Assembly: GCF_009914755.1 (NCBI RefSeq)
Contig: NC_060933.1
Reading direction: 5' to 3' (one strand)
Length of the DNA stretch: 64,000 bases
Source: the human T2T-CHM13v2.0 reference genome, Homo sapiens
In this document: piece after piece, positions 15,601 through 30,600 of the stretch
Layout of the letters: every line of letters starts with the position of its first letter
Numbering within the stretch: position 1 is the first letter of the stretch
Program-made: the position numbers and the translations under genes
The notes under the pieces: generated by a model
The model's database searches: none
Seen by the model: only the letters and a program-made list of their open reading frames with translations
What the model was told of the DNA's origin: nothing

Positions 15601-18600
15601 CATTCCGTTTCATTCCATTACATTCGGATTGATTCTATTCAACTCCCTTACTCTCCATTACATTCCATTCCATTCGGGTTGTTCCATTCCATTCCATTCC
15701 ATTCCACTCCATTCCATTGCACTCGGGTTGATTCCATTCCATTCCATTCCATTCCATTCGATTCCATTCCATTCCAATTCTTTCCATTCCATTCTATTCC
15801 GTACCATGCCATTCCATTCCATACAATTCCATTCCATTCCATTCCACTCCGTTCCGTTCCGTTCCGTTCCGTTCCATTCCTTTCCATTCTATTCGGGTTA
15901 ATTCCATTCCATTCCATTCGATTGCAATCGAGTTGATTCCATTCCATTCCATTCCATTCCATTCCATTCCATTCCATTCCATTCCATTCCTTTCCATTCC
16001 ATTACGGATGATTCCATTCCATTGCATTCCATTCCATTCCATTCCCCTGTACTCGGGTTGATTCCATTCCATTCCATTCCAATCCATGCCATTCCACTCG
16101 TGTTGATTCCATTCTTTCCATTCCATTCAAGTTGAATCCATTCCATTGCCTTCCATTCCATTCCATTCGCCTGCAGTCGGGTTGATTCCATTCCATTCCA
16201 TTCCATTCCATTCCGTTCCGTTCCCTTCCATTCCATTCCATTCTATTCGGGTTAATTCCATTCCATTCCATTCCATTCCAATCGAGTTGATTCCATTCCA
16301 TTCCATTCCATTCCATTCCACTCCATTCCAGTCCTTTCCATTCCATTCCACTCGGGTTGATTCCAATGTATTCCTTTCCATTCCATTCCATTCCATTGCA
16401 ATCGAGTTGATTCCATTGCTTTGCATTCCATTCCATTCCATTCCATTCCGGATGATTCCATTCCATTGCATTCCATTCCATTCCATTCCCCTGCACTCGG
16501 GTTGATTCCATTCCATTCCCTTCCATTCCATTCCATTCCATTCCATTCCATTCCATTTCGTTCCATTCCATTCTATTCCGTATCATTCCATTCCATTCCA
16601 TTCCATTCCATTCCATTCCATTCCATTCCATTCCATTCCATTGTACTCGGGTTGATTCAATTCCATTGCATTCCAATCCATTCCATTCCATTCCATTCCG
16701 TTGCATTCCATTCCATTACATTCGGATTGATTCTATTCAACTCCCTTACTCTCTATTACATTCCATTCCATTCTGGTTGTTCCATTCCATTCCATTCCAT
16801 TCCACTCCATTCCATTGCACTCGGGTTGATTCCATTCCATTCCATTCCATTCCATTCCGGATGATTCCATTCCATTGCATTCCGTTCCATTACATTCCCC
16901 TGCACTCGGGTATGATTCCATTACATTCCTTTCCATTCCATTCCATTCCAATCCATTCCACTGCACTCGCGTTGATTCCATTCCATTCCATTCCATTCCA
17001 TTCCATTCCATTCCATTCCATTCCATTCCTTTCCGTTCCATTCCATTCCATTCCATTACATTCCGTTCCGTTCCATTCCATTCCATTCCATTGTATTCGG
17101 GTTAATTCCATTCCATTCCATTCGATTGCAATCGAGTTGATTCCATTCCATTCCATTCCATTCCATTCCATTCCAGTCCTTTCCATTCCTTTCCATTCCA
17201 TTACTGATGATTCCATTCCATTGCTTTCCATTCCATTCCATTCCCCTGTACTCGGGTTGATTCCATTCCATTCCATTCCAATCCATGCCATTCCACTCGT
17301 GTTGATTCCATTCTTTCCTTTCCATTCAAGTTGAATCCATTCCATTGCATTCCATTCCATTCGATTCCATTCGATTGCACTCAGGTTGATTCCATTCCAT
17401 TGCATTCCATTCCACTCCATTCCATTCCATTCCATTCCATTCCGTTCCATTCCATTTCATTACATTCAGATTGATTCTATTCAATTCCCTTACACTCCAT
17501 TATATTCCAATCCATTCTAGTTGTTTCCATTCCATTCCATTCCATTTCACTCCATTCCATTGCACTCGGGTTGATTCCATTCCATTCCATTCCATTGCAT
17601 TCCATTCCATTCCATTCCGGATGATTCCATTCCATTGCATTCCATTCCATTCCATTCCCCTGCACTCGGGTTGATTCCATTCCATTCCATTGCATTACAT
17701 TTCGTTCCATTCCATTCCATTCCATTCGGATTGATTCTATTCAATTCCCTTACACTCCATTACATTCCATTCCATTCGGGTAGTTTCCATTCCATTCCAT
17801 TCCATTCCTCTCCATTCCAATGCACTCGGGTTGATTCCATTCCATTCCGTTCCATTCCATTCCATTCCATTCCATTCCATTCCATTCCATTCCATTCCGT
17901 TCCATTGTACTCGGGTTGATTCCATTCCATTGCATTCCATTCCATTCCATTCCATTCCATTCCATTCCATTCCATTCCGTTCCATTCCATTACATTCGGA
18001 TTGATTCTATTCAACTCCCTTACTCTCCATTACATTCCATTCCATTCGGGTTGTTCCATTCCATTCCATTCCATTCCACTCCATTCCATTGCACTCAGGT
18101 TGATTCCATTCCATTCCGTTCCATTCCATTTCATTACATTCAGATTGATTCTATTCAATTCCCTTACACTCCATTATATTCCAATCCATTCTAGTTGTTT
18201 CCATTCCATTCCATTCCATTTCACTCCATTCCATTGCACTCGGGTTGATTCCATTCCATTCCAATCCATTCTAGTTTTTTCCATTCCATTCCATTCCATT
18301 TCACTCCATTCCATTGCACTCGGGTTGATTCCATTCCATTCCATTCCATTGCATTCCATTCCATTCCATTCCGGATGATTCCATTCCATTCCATTCGATT
18401 CCATTCCATTCCAATTCTTTCCATTCCATTCTATTCCGTACCATGCCTTTCCATTCCATACAATTCCATTCCAATCCATTCCACTCCGTTCCGTTCCGTT
18501 CCGTTCCGTTCCATTCCATTCCATTCCATTCTATTCGGGTTAATTCCATTCCATTCCATTCGATTGCAATCGAGTTGATTCCATTCCATTCCATTCCATT

Positions 18601-21600
18601 CCATTCCATTCCATTCCATTCCATTCCTTTCCATTCCATTACGGATGATTCCATTCCATTGCATTCCATTCCATTCCATTCCCCTGTACTCGGGTTGATT
18701 CCATTCCATTCCATTCCAATCCATGCCATTCCACTCGTGTTCATTCCATTCTTTCCATTCCATTCAAGTTGAATCTATTCCATTGCCTTCCATTCCATTC
18801 CATTCCCCTGCAGTCGGGTTGATTCCATTCCATTCCATTCCATTCCATTCCATTCCATTCCATTCCGTTCCGTTCCGTTCCATTCCATTCCATTCCATTC
18901 TATTCGGGTTAATTCCATTCCATTCCATTCCAATCGATTTGATTCCATTCCATTCCATTCCATTCCATTCCATTCCACTCCATTCCATTCCTTTCCATTC
19001 CATTCCACTCGGGTTGATTCCAATGTATTCCTTTCCATTCTATTCCATTCCATTGCAATCGAGTTGATTCCATTGCTTTGCATTCCATTCCATTCCATTC
19101 CATTCCGGATGATTCCATTCCATTGCATTCCGTTCCATTACATTCCCCTGCACTCGCGTTGATTGCATTCCATTCCACTCCATTCCGTTCCATTACATTC
19201 CATTGCATTGTATTCGGGTTAATTCCATTCCATTCCATTCCATTCCATTCCATTCCATTCCGTTGCATTCCATTCCATTACTTTCGGATTGATTCTATTC
19301 AACTCCCTTACTCTCCATTACATTCCATTCCATTCTGGTTGTTCCATTCCATTCCATTCCATTCCATTGCACTCGGGTTGATTCCATTCCATTCCATTCC
19401 ATTCCAATCCATTCCGGATGATTCCATTCCATTGCATTCCTTTCCATTACATTCCCCTTCACTCGCGTTGATTCCATTCCATTCCATTCCATTCCATTCC
19501 ATTCAATTCCATTCCATTACAATTCGTTCCATTCCATTCTATTCCGTACCATTCCATTCCATTCCATACAATTCCATTCTATTCCATTCCATTCCATTCC
19601 GTTCCATTCCGTTCCATTGCATTCCATTCCATTCTATTCGGATTAATTCCATTCCATTCCATTCCATTCCATTCTATTCCATTCCATTGCAATCGAGTTG
19701 AATCCATTGCATTTCATTCCATTCCATTCCATTCCGGAAGATACCATTCCATTCCATTCCATTCCACTCCATTCCATTGCACTCGGGTTGATTCCATTCC
19801 ATTCCATTCCATTCCATTCCATTCCATTCCATTCCATTCCATTCCCCTGCACTCGCGTTGATTCCATTCCATTCCATTCTATTCCATTCCATTCCCTTCC
19901 TTTCCGTTCCATTCCATTCCATTCCATTCCATTCCGTTCCGTTCCGTTCCATTCCATTCCATTCCATTCTATTCGGGTTAATTCCACTCCATTCCATTCG
20001 ATTGCAATCGAGTTGATTCCATTCCATTCCATTCCATTCCATTCCATTCCTTTCCATTCCATTACGGATGATTCCATTCCATTGCATTCCATTCCATTCC
20101 ATTCCGCTGTACTCGGGTTGATTCCATTCCATTACATTCCAATCCATGCCATTCCACTCGTGTTGATTCCATTCTTTCCATTCCATTCAAGTTGAATCCA
20201 TTCCATTGCATTCCATTCCATTCGATTCCATTCGATTGCACTCGGGTTGATTCCATTCCACTGCATTCCATTCCATTCCATTCCATTCCATTCCATTCCG
20301 TTCCATTCCATTCCATTACATTCGGATTGATTCTATTCAATTCCCTTAGACTCCATTACATTCCATTCCATTCGGGTAGTTTCCATTCCATTCCATTCCA
20401 TTCCTCTCCATTCCATTGAACTCGGGTTGATTCCATTCCATTCCATTCCATTCCATTGCATTCAATTCCATTCCGTTCCATTCCATTCCATTACATTCGG
20501 ATTGATTCTATTCAACTCCCTTACTCTCCATTACATTCCATTCCATTCGGGTTGTTCCATTCCATTCCATTCCATTCCACTCCATTCCATTGCACTCGGG
20601 TTTATTCCATTCCATTCCATTCCATTCCATTCCATTCCATTCCGGAAGATTCCATTCCATTGCATTCCATTCCATTCCATTCCCCTGCACTCGCGTTGAT
20701 TCCATTCCATTCCATTCCATACCATTCCTTTCCGTTCCATTCCATTCCATTCCATTCCATTCCAATCCATTCCATTCCGTTCCGTTCCGTTCCATTCCAT
20801 TCCATTCCATTCTATTCGGGTTAATTCCATTCCATTCCGTTCGATTGCAATCGAGTTGATTCCATTCCATTCCATTCCATTCCATTCCATTCATTTCCAT
20901 TCCATTACGGATGATTCCATTCCATTGCATTCCATTCCATTCCATTCCTCTGTACTCGGGTTGATTCCATTCCATTCCATTCCAATCCATGCCATTCCAC
21001 TCGTGTTGATTCCATTCTTTCCATTTCATTCAAGTTGAATCCATTCCTTTGCATTCCATTCCATTCCATTCACCTGCAGTCGGGTTGTTTCCATTCCATT
21101 CCATTCCATTCCCCTGCTGTCGGGTTGTTTCCATTCCATTCCTTTCCATTCCATTCCATTCCATTCCATTCCGTTCCGTTCCGTTCAATTCCATTCCATT
21201 CCATTCTATTCGGGTTAATTCCATTCCATTCCATTCCATTCCATTCCAATCGAGTTGATTCCATTCCATTCCATTTCATTCCATTCCACTCCATTCCAGT
21301 CCTTTCCATTCCATTCCACTCGGGTTGATTCCAATGTATTCCTTTCCATTCCATTCCATTCCATTGCAATCGAGTTGATTCCATTGCTTTGCATTCCATT
21401 CCATTCCATTCCATTCCGGATGATTCCATTCCATTGCATTCCATTCCATTCCATTCTCCTGCACTCGGGTTGATTCCATTCCATTCCACTCCATTCCGTT
21501 CCATTCCATTCCATTCCATTGTATTCGGGTTAATTCCATTCCATTGCATTCCATTCCATTCCATTCCATTACAATCGAGTTGATTCCATTCCATTCCATT

Positions 21601-24600
21601 CCATTCCATTCCACTCCAGTCCTTTCCATTCCTATCCATTCCATTACGGATGATTCCATTCCATTGCTTTCCATTCCATTCCATTCCCCTGTACTCGGGT
21701 TGATTCCATTCCATTCCATTCCAATCCATGCCATTCCACTCGTGTTGATTCCATTCTTTCCTTTCCATTCAAGTTGAATCCATTCCATTGCATTCCATTC
21801 CATTCGATTCCATTCGATTGCACTCGGGTTGATTCCATTCCATTGCATTCCATTCCACTCCTTTCCATTCCATTCCATTCCATTCCGTTCCATTCCATTT
21901 CATTACATTCAGATTGATTCTATTCAATTCCCTTACACTCCATTATATTCCAATCCATTCTGGTTGTTTCCATTCCATTCCATTCCATTTCACTCCATTC
22001 CATTGCACTCGGGTTGATTCCATTCCATTCCATTCCATTGCATTCCATTCCATTCCATTCCGGATGATTCCATTCCATTGCATTCCATTCCATTCCATTC
22101 CCCTGCACTCGTGTTGATTCCATTCCATTCCATTCCATTACATTTCCTTCCATTCCATTTCATTCCATTCGGATTGATTCTATTCAATTCCCTTACACTC
22201 CATTACATTCCATTCCATTCGGGTAGTTTCCATTCCATTCCATTCCATTCCTCTCCATTCCATTGCACTCGGGTTGATTCCATTCCATTCCATTCCATTC
22301 CATTCCATTCCATTCCATTACATTACATTACATTCCATTCCATTCCGTTCCATTGTTCTCGGGTTGATTCCATTCCATTGCATTCCATTCCATTCCATTC
22401 CATCCCATTCCATTCCATTCCATTCCATTCCATTCCGTTTCATTCCATTACATTCGGATTGATTCTATTCAACTCCCTTACTCTCCATTACATTCCATTC
22501 CATTCGGGTTGTTCCATTCCATTCCATTCCATTCCACTCCATTCCATTGCACTCGGGTTGATTCCATTCCATTCCATTCCATTCCATTCGATTCCATTCC
22601 ATTCCAATTCTTTCCATTCCATTCTATTCCGTACCATGCCATTCCATTCCTTACAATTCCATTCCATTCCATTCCACTCCGTTCTGTTCCGTTCCGTTCC
22701 GTTCCATTCCATTCCATTCCATTCTATTCGGGTTAATTCCATTCCATTCCATTCGATTGCAATCGAGTTGATTCCATTCCATTCCATTCCATTCCTTTCC
22801 ATTCCATTCCATTCCTTTCCATTCCATTGCGGATGATTCCATTCCATTGCATTCCATTTCATTCCATTCCCCTGTACTCGGGTTGATTCCATTCCATTCC
22901 ATTCCAATCCATGCCATTCCATTCCATTCCGTTCCGTTCCATTCCATTCCATTCCATTCTATTCGGGTTAATTCCATTCCATTCCATTCCATTCCAATCG
23001 AGTTGATTCCATTCCATTCCATTCCATTCCATTCCACTCCATTCCAGTCCTTTCCATTCCATTCCACTCGGGTTGATTCCAATGTATTCCTTTCCATTCC
23101 ATTCCATTCCATTGCAATCGAGTTGATTCCATTGCTTTGCATTCCATTACATTCCATTCCATTCGGGATGATTCCATTCCTTTGCATTCCATTCCATTCC
23201 ATTCCCCTGCACTCGGGTTGATTCCATTCCATTCCATTCCATTCCATTCCATTCCATTCCATTCCATTCCATTTCGTTCCATTCCATTCTATTCCGTATC
23301 ATTCCATTCCATTCCATTCCATTCCTTTCCATTCCATTCCATTCCACTGTGCTCGGGTTGATTCAATTCCATTGCATTCCATTCCATTCCATTCCATTCC
23401 ATTCCGTTGCATTCCATTCCATTACATTCGGATTGATTCTATTCAACTCCCTTACTCTCCATTACATTCCATTCCATTCTGGTTGTTCCATTCCATTCCA
23501 TTCCATTCCACTCCATTCCATTGCACTCGGGTTGATTCCATTCCATTCCATTCCATTCCATTCCATTCCATTCCGGATGATTCCATTCCATTGCATTCCT
23601 TTCCATTACATTCCCCTGCACTCGCGTTGATTCCATTCCATTCCATTCCATTCCATTCAATTCCATTCCATTACAATTCGTTCCATTCCATTCTATTCCG
23701 TACCATTCCATTCCATTCCATACAATTCCATTCCATTCCATTCCATTCCATTCCGTTCCATTGCATTCCATTCCATTCTATTCGGATTAATTCCATTCCA
23801 TTCCATTCCATTCCATTCTATTCCATTCCATTGCAATCGAGTTGAATCCATTGCATTTCATTCCATTCCATTCCATTTCATTCCATTCCGGAAGATTCCA
23901 TTCCATTGCATTCCATTCCATTCCATTCCCCTGCACTCGCGTTGATTCCATTCCATTCCATTCCATTCCATTCCGTTCCGTTCCATTCCATTCCATTCCA
24001 TTCCATTCCATTCCGTTCCGTTCCATTCCATTCCATTCCATTCTATTCGGGTTAATTCCATTCCATTCCATTCGATTGCATTCGAGTTGATTCCATTCCA
24101 TTCCATTCCATTCCATTCCATTCCATTCCATTCCTTTCCATTCCATTACGGTTGATTCCATTCCATTGCATTCCATTCCATTCCATTCCCCTGTACTCGG
24201 GTTGATTCCATTCCATTCCATTCCAATCCATGCCATTCCACTCGTGTTGATTCCATTCTTTCCATTCCATTCAAGTTGAATCCATTCCATTGCATTCCAT
24301 TCCATTCGATTCCATTTGATTGCACTCGGGTTGATTCCATTCCATTGCATTCCATTCCATTCCATTCCATTCCATTCCATTCCATTCCGTTCCTTTCCAT
24401 TCCATTACATTCGGATTGATTCTATTCAATTCCCTTACACTCCATTACATTCCATTCGGGTAGTTTCCATTGCATTCCATTCCATTCCTCTCCATTCCAT
24501 TGCACTCGGGTTGATTCCATTCCATTGCATTCCATTCCATTCCATTCAATTCCATTCCGTTCCATTCCATTCCATTACATTCGGATTGATTCTATTCAAC

Positions 24601-27600
24601 TCCCTTACTCTCCATTACATTCCATTCCATTCGGGTTGTTCCATTCCATTCCATTCCATTCCACTCCATTCCATTGCAATCGGGTTGATTCCATTCAATT
24701 CCATTCCATTCCATTCCATTCCATTCCGGAAGATTCCATTCCATTACATTCCATTCCATTCCATTCCCCTGCACTCGCGTTGATTCCATTCCATTCCATT
24801 CTATTCCATTCCATTCCCTTCCTTTCCGTTCCATTCCATTCCATTCCATTCCATTCCGTTCCGTTCCGTTCCATTCCATTCCATTCCATTCTATTCGGGT
24901 TAATTCCACTCCATTCCATTCGATTGCAATCGAGTTGATTCCATTCCATTCCATTCCATTCCATTCAATTCCTTTCCATTCCATTATGGATGATTCCATT
25001 CCATTGCATTCCATTCCATTCCATTCCGCTGTACTCGGGTTGATTCCATTCCATTACATTCCAATCCATGCCATTCCACTCGTGTTGATTCCATTCTTTC
25101 CATTCCATTCAAGTTGAATCCATTCCATTGCATTCCATTCCATTCGATTCCATTCGATTGCACTCGGGTTGATTCCATTCCACTGCATTCCATTCCATTC
25201 CATTCCATTCCATTCCATTCCGTTCCATTCTATTCCATTACATTCGGATTGATTCTATTCAATTCCCTTAGACTCCATTACATTCCATTCCATTCGGGTA
25301 GTTTCCATTCCATTCCATTCCATTCCTCTCCATTCCATTGAACTCGGGTTGATTCCATTCCATTCCATTCCATTCCATTCCATTCCATTCCATTCAATTC
25401 CAATCGAGTTGATTCCATTCCATTCCATTCCATTCCATTTCACTCCATTCCAGTCCTGTCCATTCCATTCCACTCGGGTTGATTCCAATGTATTCCTTTC
25501 CATTCCATTCCATTCCATTGCAATCGAGTTGATTCCATTGGTTTGCATTCCATTCCATTCCATTCCATTCCGGATGATTCCATTCCATTGCACTCAATTC
25601 CATTCCATTCCTCTCCATTCCATTGCACTCGGGTTGATTCCATTCCATTTCATTCCATTCCATTCCATTCCTTTACATTACATTCCATTCCGTTCCTTTG
25701 TACTCGGGTTGATTCCATTCCATTGCATTCCATTCCATTCCATTCCATTCCATTCCATTCCATTCCGTTCCATTCCATTACATTCGGATTGATTCTATTC
25801 AACTCCCTTACTCTCCATTCCATTCCATTCCATTCGGGTTGTTCCATTCCATTCCATTCCATTCCAGTCCATTCCATTGCGCTCGGGTTGATTCCATTCC
25901 ATTCCATTCCATTCCATTCCATTCCATTCCGGATGATTCCATTCCATTGCATTCCGTTCCATTACATTCCCTTGCACTCGGGTTGATTCCATTCCATTCC
26001 ATTCCATTCCATTCGATTCCATTCCATTCCAATTCTTTCCATTCCATTCTATTCCGTACCATTCCATTCCATTCCATACAATTCCATTCCATTCCATTCC
26101 ACTCCGTTCCGTTCCTTTCCGTTCTGTTCCGTTCCATTCCATTCCATTCCATTCTATTCGGTTTAATTCCATTCCATTCCATTCCATTCCATTCCATTCT
26201 ATTCCATTCCATTGCAATCGAGTTGAATCCATTGCATTCCATTCCATTCCATTCCATTCCATTCCATTCCGGAATATTCCATTCCATTGCATTCCGTTCC
26301 ATTCCATTCCATTCCATTCCATTCCATTCCATTGTACTCGGGTTGATTCCATTCCATTGCATTCCATTCCATTCCATTCCATTCCGTTCCATTCCATTCC
26401 ATTACATTCGGATTGATTCTTTTCAACTCCCTTACTCTCCATTACATTCCATTCCATTCGGGTTGTTCCATTCCATTCCATTCCATTCCACTCCATTCCA
26501 TTGCACTCGGGTTGATTCCATTCCATTCCATTCCGGATGATTCCATTCCATTGCATTCCGTTCCGTTACATTCCCCTGCACTCGGGTTGATTCCATTCCA
26601 TTCCTTTCCAATCCATTCGATTCCATTCCATTCCCCTGCACACGCTTTTATTCCATACCATTCCATTACATTCCATTCCATTCCATTCCATTCCATTACA
26701 TTACATTACATTCCATTCCATTCCGTTCCATTGTACTCGGGTTGATTCCATTCCATTGCATTCCATTCCATTCCATTCCGTTCCATTCCATTACATTCGG
26801 ATTGATTCTATTCAACTCCCTTAATCTCCATTACATTCCATTCCAATCGGGTTGTTCCATTCCATTCCATTCCATTCCACTCCATTCCATTGCACTCGGG
26901 TTGATTCCATTCCATTCCATTCCATTCCATTCCATTCCATTCCATTCCCGATGATTCCATTCCATTGCATTCCGTTCCATTACATTCCCCTGCACTCGGG
27001 TTGATTCCATTCCATTCCATTCCATTCCATTCTATTCCATTCCATTCCAATTATTTCCATTCCATTCTATTCCGTACCATGCCATACCATTCCATACAAT
27101 TCCATTCCATTCCATTCCACTCCGTTCCGTTCCATTCCGTTCCGTTCCGTTCCATTCCATTCTATTCCGTACCATGCCATACCATTCCATACAATTCCAT
27201 TCCATTCCATTCCACTCCGTTCCGTTCCATTCCGTTCCGTTCCGTTCCATTCCATTCCGTTCCATTGTATTCGTGTTAATTCCATTTCATTCCATTCGAT
27301 TGCAATCGAGTTGATTCCATTCCATTCCATTCCATTCCATTCCATTCCATTCCTTTCCATTCCATTACGGATGATTCCATTCCATTGCATTGCATTCCAT
27401 TCCATTCCCCTGTACTCGGGTTGATTCCATTCCATTCCATTCCAATCCATGCCATTCCACTCGTGTTGATTCCATTCTTTCCATTCCATTCAAGTTGAAT
27501 CCATTCCATTGCCTTCCATTCCATTCCATTCCCCTGCAGTCGGGTTGATTGCATTCCGTTCCATTCCATTCCATTCCATTCCATTCCAATCCGTTCCGTT

Positions 27601-30600
27601 CCATTCCATTCCATTCCATTGTATTCGGGTTAATTCCATTCCATTCTATTCCATTCCATTCCAATCGAGTTGATTCCATTCCATTCCATTCCATTCCATT
27701 CCACTCCATTCCAGTCCTTTCCATTCCATTCCACTCGGGTTGATTCCAATGTATTCCTTTCCATTCCATTCCATTCCATTGCAATCGAGTTGATTCCATT
27801 GCTTTGCATTCCATTCCATTCCATTCCATTCCGGATGATTCCATTCCATTGCATTCCGTTCCATTACATTCTATTCCGTAGCATTCCATTCCATTCCATA
27901 CCATTCCATTCCATTCCATTCCATTCCATTCCATTCCATTCTATTCGGATTAATTCTATTCCATTCCATTCCATTCCATTCTATTCCATTCCATTGCAAT
28001 CGAGTTGAATCCATTGCATTTCATTCCATTCCATTCCATTCCATTCCATTCCATTCCATTCCATTCCGGAAGATTCCATTCCATTGCATTCCATTCCATT
28101 CTATTCCCCTGCACTCGAGGTGATTCCATTCCATTCCATTCCATTCCATTCCATTCCATTCCATTCCTCTCCATTCCATTGCACTCGGGTTGATTCCATT
28201 CCATTGCATTCCATTCCATTCCATTCAATTCCATTCCGTTCCATTCCATTCCATTACATTCGGATTGATTCTATTCAACTCCCTTACTCTCCATTATATT
28301 CCATTCCATTCGGGTTGTTCCATTCCATTCCATTCCATTCCACTCCATTCCATTGCACTCGGGTTGATTCCATTCCATTCCATTCCATTCCATTCCATTC
28401 CATTCCATTCCATTCCGGAAGATTCCATTCCATTGCATTCCATTCCATTCCATTCCCCTGCACTCGCGTTGATTCCATTCCATTCCATTCCATTCCATTC
28501 CATTCCGTTCCGTTCCATTCCATTCCATTCCATTCCATTCCATTCCATTCCATTCCGTTCCGTTCCATTCCATTCCATTCCATTCTATTCGGGTTAATTC
28601 CATTCCATTCCATGCGATTGCAATCGAGTTGATTCCATTCCATTCCATTCCATTCCCTTCCATTCCATTCCATTCCTTTCCATTCCATTACGGATGATTC
28701 CATTCCATTGCATTCCATTCCATTCCATTCCCCTGTACTCGGGTTGATTCCATTCCATTTCATTCCAATCCATGCCATTCCACTCGTGTTGATTCCATTC
28801 TTTCCATTCCATTCAAGTTGAATCCATTCCATTGCATTCCATTCCATTCGATTCCATTCGATTGCACTCGGGTTGATTCCATTCCATTGCATTCCATTCC
28901 ATTCCATTCCTTTCCATTACATTCGGATTGATTCTATTCAATTCCCTTACACTCCATTACATTCCATTCCATTCGGGTAGTTTCCATTCCATTCCATTCC
29001 ATTCCTCTCCATTCCATTGCACTCGGGTTGATTCCATTCCATTGCATTCCATTCCATTCCATTCAATTCCATTCCGTTCCATTCCATTCCATTACATTCG
29101 GATTGATTCTATTCAACTCCCTTACTCTCCATTACATTCCATTCCATTCGGGTTGTTCCATTCCATTCCATTCCATTCCACTCCATTCCACTGCACTCGG
29201 GTTGATTCCATTCTATTCCATTAAATTCCATTCCATTCCATTCCATTCCGTTCCGGAAGATTCCATTCCACTGCATTCCATTCCATTCCATTCCCCTGCA
29301 CTCGCGTTGATTCCATTCCATTCCATTCTATTCCATTCCATTCCCTTCCTTTCCGTTCCATTCCATTCCATTCCATTCCATTCCATTCCGTTCCGTTCCA
29401 TTCCATTCAATTCCATTCTATTCGGGTTAATTCCATTCCATTCCATTCGATTGCAATCGAGTTGATTCCATTCCATTCCATTCCATTCCATTCTATTCCT
29501 TTCCATTCCATTACGGATGATTCCATTCCATTGCATTCCATTCCGTTCCATTCCCCTGTACTCGGGTTGATTCCATTCCATTCCATTCCAATCCATGCCA
29601 TTACACTCGTGTTGATTCCATTCTTTCCATTCCATTCAAGTTGAATCCATTCCATTGCATTCCATTCCATTCGATTCCATTCGATTGCACTCGGGTTGAT
29701 TCCATTCCATTGCATTCCATTCCATTCCATTCCATTCCATTCCATTCCAATCCATTCCGTTCCATTCCATTCCATTACATTCGGATTGATTCTTTTCAAT
29801 TCCCTTACACTCCATTGCATTCCATTCCATTCGGGTAGTTTCCATTCCATTCCATTCCATTCGTCTCCATTCCATTGAACTCGGGTTGATTCCATTCCAT
29901 TGCATTCCATTCCATTCCATTCAATTCCATTCCGTTCCATTCCATTCCATTACATTCGGATTCATTCTATTCAACTCCCTTACTCTCCATTACATTCCAT
30001 TCCATTCGGGTTGTTCCATTCCATTCCATTCCATTCCACTCCATTCCATTGCACTCGGGTTGATTCCATTCCATTCCATTCCATTCCATTCCATTCCATT
30101 CCATTCCGGAAGATTCCATTCCATTGCATTCCATTCCATTCCATTCCCCTGGACTCGCGTTGATTCCATTCCATTCCATTCTATTCCATTCCAATCCCTT
30201 CCTTTTCGTTCCATTCCATTCCATTCCATTCCATTCCATTCTATTCGGGTTGATTCCATTCCATTCCATTCCATTCCATTACAATCGAGTTGATTCCATT
30301 CCATTCCATTCCATTCCAGTCTTTTCCATTCCATTCCTCTCGGGTTGATTCCATTCTATTAGTTTCCATTCCATTCCATTCCCTTCCATTCCACTCTGGT
30401 TGATTCCATTCCTTTCCATTCCACTCGAATACATTCCCTCCTATTCCACTCGGAACGATTCCATTCCATTCCATTCCATTCCATTCCATTCCATTCCATT
30501 CCATTCCATTCCATTTCGTTCCATTCCATTCTATTCCGTATCATTCCATTCCATTCCATTCCCTTCCATTCCATTCCATTCCATTCCATTCCATTGTACT

